A DNA stretch of 64,000 bases, taken from the NCBI GenBank assembly GCA_965207135.1, contig OZ242272.1:1541336-1605335 (forward strand), read 5' to 3'. The position numbers were made by a program, and so were the translations under genes. Under the pieces are notes generated by a model, which saw only the letters and a list, made by a program, of their open reading frames with translations, ran no database searches and was not told where the DNA came from. Below, piece after piece: positions 60,330-64,000 of this stretch. The stretch comes from Chloroflexota bacterium (GTDB lineage Bacteria; Chloroflexota; UBA11872; VXOZ01). The first letter of the stretch is position 1, and each line of letters opens with the position of its first letter.

Positions 60330-60617
60330 CTACTCCCGCTCTCTGAACCGCTCCGCTGCCCAAACTAGTCTGACGGCACTAGTGCGCGGAATCCTAAGAG
60401 TGCGTCTTCTATCCATCGCAGCAGAATACTTTGCGATCCACGTATGGATTGCACTTCGCTGGACATTGAGCGCTACTGCGGAGTCCGATAAATGCCGGTG
60501 GGTGTGGAGATGGTATATCCGCGCCCGGGCAAGATTGTTTCGTTCTAGGCGACTCATCTGATCGTCGAGGTCAATAGTGTCGACGCCCAGCGCCAGCGCC
60601 CGCCAAAACGCGAGCAT
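60330..60617 (-). CDS. Hypothetical small protein (95 aa), uncertain
   Basis: The ORF has coding-like composition but no recognisable family. It could be a gene remnant. Confidence 0.3.
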   Translation of the reverse strand: MLAFWRALALGVDTIDLDDQMSRLERNNLARARIYHLHTHRHLSDSAVALNVQRSAIHTWIAKYSAAMDRRRTLRIPRTSAVRLVWAAERFRERE

Positions 60618-60778
60618 TGTGTTTTCCGGAATTTCGAGTGCAGGTGCGCCACGATGCGTTACGACGCCGGTCCTAGCGGCAACCGCTTACGCTTCTACCG
60701 GCCCATCTACGCCAAGCGGAACGCGGCGTTCACCATGGACTGAAACTTATGCGGTGATCGTGCGAGTGCTCCGTGCCT

Positions 60779-61843
60779 TCACAACGTATACGCCGAATAG
60801 CCGTTCTCGCACGGATTGCCGTAGCTTACGTTGAGCCGGCCCTGCAGCGGTTCCATGACGTATGAAGCGACAGTTTCAATGCTTTCGGGTGTGCCGTCGT
60901 TATGTCTACAAATGCTGTGAGGAAGTCCCTCATGGTCCGACATCATCTGCATCACGTCTTCAGCGGACACGCGCTCTACCGACGAGACGAGCTGGTTCGC
61001 CCGGGCACAGCGCGGCGCTGAGTCGGGCAGTTGCGCTTGAAATGTGTCGAACTGTTCAAGCTCAGGCGAAAGAATATTGTTGGTGTGTGCCAGCGTGCTG
61101 CCAGTGGCCTCGATTACGCCAACGCCGTGGGGGGCTGCAATCTCGACATCTACCAAGCGATTGTCTCCGTCCACCATGAGGTAATTCCCCGCGGACGAGA
61201 ACGTCGTCGCGCTCATTATGTCAAGAACTTCGGCAAGATTGCGACACTCCAGGATGCGTCGCTTGAGCGGATAATGGGAAACACCGACCCGCCAGCCCTC
61301 CGTATAGAGTTGGTTTTGCACGAAAGCAACCCCGTGCTCATTGAACCCCGGATACCCAATGACGCCCGCCCACGTGAACATGATGAACGCAGGCTTGTCG
61401 TGGGGCGCCACACGCAAGACTACGCCAACATCCTTCATCCAGTCGCCCACGTCCTGGTTCTGCGCGATGATGGTGCTCTCATTGTCCGTCCGGCTCGTCA
61501 GAAAGCCAAGGGAACTGCAGCCGTCGCTCAGGCCGGCGTCGCCCAACGTGAGTTCGGTACGCACGTTGAGTAACACAATTTCTGCAAACGACACGTTGGC
61601 GCCGGCCGCGATCCCTTCAATCTCTGGGATGACATCGGGAATGAACCCCCGGATTGACGGCACAAACGACTCGGCTCGTGCGCGCAGTGTTGCACGGTCC
61701 TGGTTCTTAGAGCTTCCAATTGTCTCATACGAGCGCTCCAGGAACAGTCTGATCTGCTCGCGGCACGCCTCCCCATGTCTGCGGCCCACCTCATGGGTTG
61801 TGCCACTTACCTCGAAATACGGATACGCTTGAGCTTGCTGCAT
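60779..61843 (-). CDS. Peptidase C45 family (acyl-CoA:6-aminopenicillanic-acid acyltransferase-like Ntn hydrolase)
   Basis: 354-aa protein. A DGCSSLGF block fits the autoproteolytic Cys nucleophile of the C45/AAT family. The GYPGFNEHGVAFVQN region is conserved in the family. Confidence 0.7.
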   Translation of the reverse strand: MQQAQAYPYFEVSGTTHEVGRRHGEACREQIRLFLERSYETIGSSKNQDRATLRARAESFVPSIRGFIPDVIPEIEGIAAGANVSFAEIVLLNVRTELTLGDAGLSDGCSSLGFLTSRTDNESTIIAQNQDVGDWMKDVGVVLRVAPHDKPAFIMFTWAGVIGYPGFNEHGVAFVQNQLYTEGWRVGVSHYPLKRRILECRNLAEVLDIMSATTFSSAGNYLMVDGDNRLVDVEIAAPHGVGVIEATGSTLAHTNNILSPELEQFDTFQAQLPDSAPRCARANQLVSSVERVSAEDVMQMMSDHEGLPHSICRHNDGTPESIETVASYVMEPLQGRLNVSYGNPCENGYSAYTL

Positions 61844-62181
61844 TAGGGCTCCTTGTGCTTTATGTAAATATAACCTTCGTTGCGGGACGGTTTTCAGCGG
61901 AGTGTTTCAATCTCATCCTACGCCGGATGACATGTCGCAGCAAGCATTCAAATTGTGAACAAGACTGGCATAATGTCACCAGTGCACTGCAACTGCGCCT
62001 AGTGGCGCAATGTCTAGTCATTACACTTAAGTTGTCTCCAAATGGGAGCGGAATCGGTCTCAGTGTTCAGGAGGACGACAGTTGGATCCGCTCTGTGCAT
62101 ATCGTCTGCGCTGGTTGCTAAGGGCGGACTCTCTTGATCGCAGCGCTGAATTGCAGAGCAGAATAAGGTGGTAAACATCAC

Positions 62182-63195
62182 ATGGATTCACTAAACATTT
62201 GCTTCTTGGCAAAGGACACGGTGGCCGTGCAGAGGCAGCCTGTGCCGGAAATCGGCCCTGACGAGGTCTTGGTTCAACTGCAGTCCTCCCTCATTAGCAC
62301 CGGCACGGAGTGCATTTGCCTGCAACGAAACTTTGCGCCGGGCACGCATTGGGACCAGTGGGTGAAGTATCCTTTCCAGCCGGGCTACAGCGCAGTTGGA
62401 GTTGTAACAGAGGTCGGGAGCGCTGTCACCTCACTTGAGGTTGGCGACCGCGTCGCGTTGCCTGCCAGGCACGCGCAATATGCCGTCACCGCGGCAGACC
62501 GCGCGGCAAAGATACCTGACGCGGTCTCTGATACTGCTGCCGCCTGGTTCTACCTGGCGTGCATTGCGCAGAATGCCGTCCGTCGTGCGGAGCACCGGCT
62601 TGGCGATGACGTGGTTGTCATTGGCGCCGGCATACTCGGTCAATTGGTTGTGCAATACGTGCGCCTGCTTGGGGCCAAGCGCGTGATTGTCATTGACTCA
62701 GCGCCGGCGCGTCTCGCGTTGGCGGAGACCCACGGCGCCACGCACACGCTGAATATGCTTTCCGGCGACGCTGAGGAGTCCATCGCATCACTGACGCAGG
62801 GCAGGCTTGCAGACGTCGTGTACGACATCACCGGCAATGCCGCCGTGTTGCCTACAGCCTTTCCTTTGGCGCGCCGCTTCGGCAAAGTGCTCCTGCTTGG
62901 TGACACCGGCACTCCGGCGGAGCAACGCCTCACGGGCGACATCATCCGGCGCGGCGTAACGCTGATTGGCGCCCACAGTAGCAATCCGCCTCCCAGCGCG
63001 ACTGATTACGCCCACTGGACCCATAAACACATGACCGAGCTCTTCTTTACCTATGTTGCCCGCGGGCAGATGCACGTAGAGGATCTCATTTCACACCGCT
63101 ACGACCCTCAAAATGCCGCCGATGCCTATGCCATGCTGACCAAGGACCGGTCTCACGCCATGGGCGTGTTGTTCGATTGGACCCTGCTGGCGTAA
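62182..63195 (+). CDS. Zinc-dependent alcohol dehydrogenase (MDR superfamily; threonine/sorbitol dehydrogenase-like)
   Basis: GroES-like N-terminus with a Zn-ligand Cys (STGTECIC) and a Rossmann VIGAGILGQLVVQYVRLLGAKRVIVID motif. Confidence 0.85.
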   Translation: MDSLNICFLAKDTVAVQRQPVPEIGPDEVLVQLQSSLISTGTECICLQRNFAPGTHWDQWVKYPFQPGYSAVGVVTEVGSAVTSLEVGDRVALPARHAQYAVTAADRAAKIPDAVSDTAAAWFYLACIAQNAVRRAEHRLGDDVVVIGAGILGQLVVQYVRLLGAKRVIVIDSAPARLALAETHGATHTLNMLSGDAEESIASLTQGRLADVVYDITGNAAVLPTAFPLARRFGKVLLLGDTGTPAEQRLTGDIIRRGVTLIGAHSSNPPPSATDYAHWTHKHMTELFFTYVARGQMHVEDLISHRYDPQNAADAYAMLTKDRSHAMGVLFDWTLLA

Positions 63196-63355
63196 GCAAA
63201 AGCGAGCGACGATTCTTGGCACGCTCGCTGGGTCTCGCGTTTCGTCGCTGCCAGCGAGACTACTGGCGCATGGCTCCAGAGAGAGTAGGACTCAATTGAG
63301 CATTAGGCGGCTGTACTCAAGACTTTGCGCTTGCTCTGCCGGAGGTGAGGGTCAA

Positions 63356-63739
63356 CTACGCCGCGCTGCTGACAAGCCGGCTGACGCCAAGTCCCAGCAG
63401 TACACAGGCGATGCCGAGCACGTTGCTGAGCAAGAGGTTAAGTAGCGCGAGCCGCATTTCCCCGGCACGCATGAGGTTGACGCTCTCAATACCATAGGTG
63501 GAGAACGTCGTGAACGCGCCGAGCACGCCGATCAGGAAGAACGTGCGCACGTGGGGTGAGAGCGCCGTGTTGGCAAGCGGCTCCCAGAGAAGGCCAACTG
63601 CGAGACAGCCGACCAAGTTAACCCCAAGAGTTCCTGCCGGAAACGGACTCTCGAAGTAACGGTTGACCGCCCCGGTCAGTAAGTAGCGCAGCGTTGCGCC
63701 AAAGGCGCCGCCCAAAGCCACAAGCAGTACATTTGCCAT
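63356..63739 (-). CDS. crcB: Fluoride ion channel CrcB/FluC
   Basis: 127-aa protein with four TM helices and the conserved GTLGVNLVGC and GFTTFSTY. Confidence 0.85.
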   Translation of the reverse strand: MANVLLVALGGAFGATLRYLLTGAVNRYFESPFPAGTLGVNLVGCLAVGLLWEPLANTALSPHVRTFFLIGVLGAFTTFSTYGIESVNLMRAGEMRLALLNLLLSNVLGIACVLLGLGVSRLVSSAA

Positions 63740-63846
63740 AGCTCAACTCACTAGAATCGGGCGCAGCTATCGAGACATCGCCAGTCACGGAGGTGTCAGG
63801 CAATCTGGCTGGAACCAGGCATCACCGGCATAGAGAAAAGTAGCAA

Positions 63847-63932
63847 TGGTGCCGAAGGCGGGATTCGAACCCGCACGGGTGTTACCCCACTGGTTTTTGA
63901 GACCAGCGCGTCTTCCGTTCCGCCACTTCGGC
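63847..63932 (-). tRNA. tRNA-Leu (anticodon CAA)
   Basis: Reverse complement reads GCCGAAGTGGCGGAACGGAAGACGCGCTGGTCTCAAAAACCAGTGGGGTAACACCCGTGCGGGTTCGAATCCCGCCTTCGGCACCA. It has a 7-bp acceptor stem, an anticodon loop CTCAAAA, a long variable arm, a T-arm GCGGGTTCGAATCCCGC and a 3' CCA. Coordinates were hand-counted, +/-2. Confidence 0.85.
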
Positions 63933-64000
63933 AGGTCTAGAATGATTCTAGGGAATAGGAACAGGAGCGGTCAAGCGATTGCGTTAGTCTACGGCGCAAG

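Noticed and set aside
60330-60617. Tyrosine-recombinase (integrase) C-terminal fragment
   Set aside because: An H..RH ... Y pattern is present (LHTHRHL...IAKY), but the spacing between the putative boxes is far too short for a real integrase catalytic domain. It was kept only as a hypothetical small ORF.

Overview
This 64-kb window is high-GC bacterial chromosome (Terrabacteria-like; the gene content fits an actinobacterial or Chloroflexota-type lineage) that is densely coding, mostly core metabolism and stress response. All CDS coordinates are anchored to the supplied ORF track, and start codons were re-picked where the sequence argues for it (the track counts GTG and TTG starts as M). Features I located by hand (tRNAs, hairpins, operators) may be off by 1-2 nt.

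What the window contains, in order:
- A CPT-family P-loop kinase followed by a MacB-type ABC exporter pair (separate ATPase and FtsX permease), all on the minus strand.
- tRNA-Arg(CCG) on the minus strand.
- A complete minus-strand complex I operon, nuoA-B-C-D-G-H-I-J-K-L-M-N, which lacks nuoE and nuoF.
- rex directly upstream of nuoA, with a good Rex operator in its own promoter.
- A Tat-exported VanW-domain protein, then a 1-kb lower-GC ORF-free spacer.
- An 11-kb co-directional enzyme island: two paralogous orphan solute-binding lipoproteins, an isochorismatase-like hydrolase, a class-III aminotransferase, two amidohydrolase-2 enzymes, a hypothetical protein, a Gfo/Idh/MocA oxidoreductase and an IolE-like isomerase. 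It has no regulator and no ABC membrane components, and it contains a structured repeat element. An orphan SBP and a RidA gene sit just upstream.
- A YVTN beta-propeller protein and a cell-wall amidase.
- A heat-shock super-operon, lon-dnaK-grpE-dnaJ-hspR followed by clpB, driven by a consensus promoter that an HspR-type inverted repeat overlaps.
- aspS, a DppA-like peptidase, and an OmpR-family regulator / histidine kinase / HtrA-PepD envelope-stress module.
- Two tandem paralogous membrane proteins of unknown function, more orphan SBP lipoproteins, and pspA with a coupled small acidic partner and a perfect palindrome upstream.
- A C45 peptidase, a Zn alcohol dehydrogenase, crcB and tRNA-Leu(CAA).

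I found no CRISPR array, prophage or transposase. The candidates for novelty are the unregulated enzyme island with its embedded repeat element, the twin membrane paralogs, and several apparently uncharacterised regulatory motifs.
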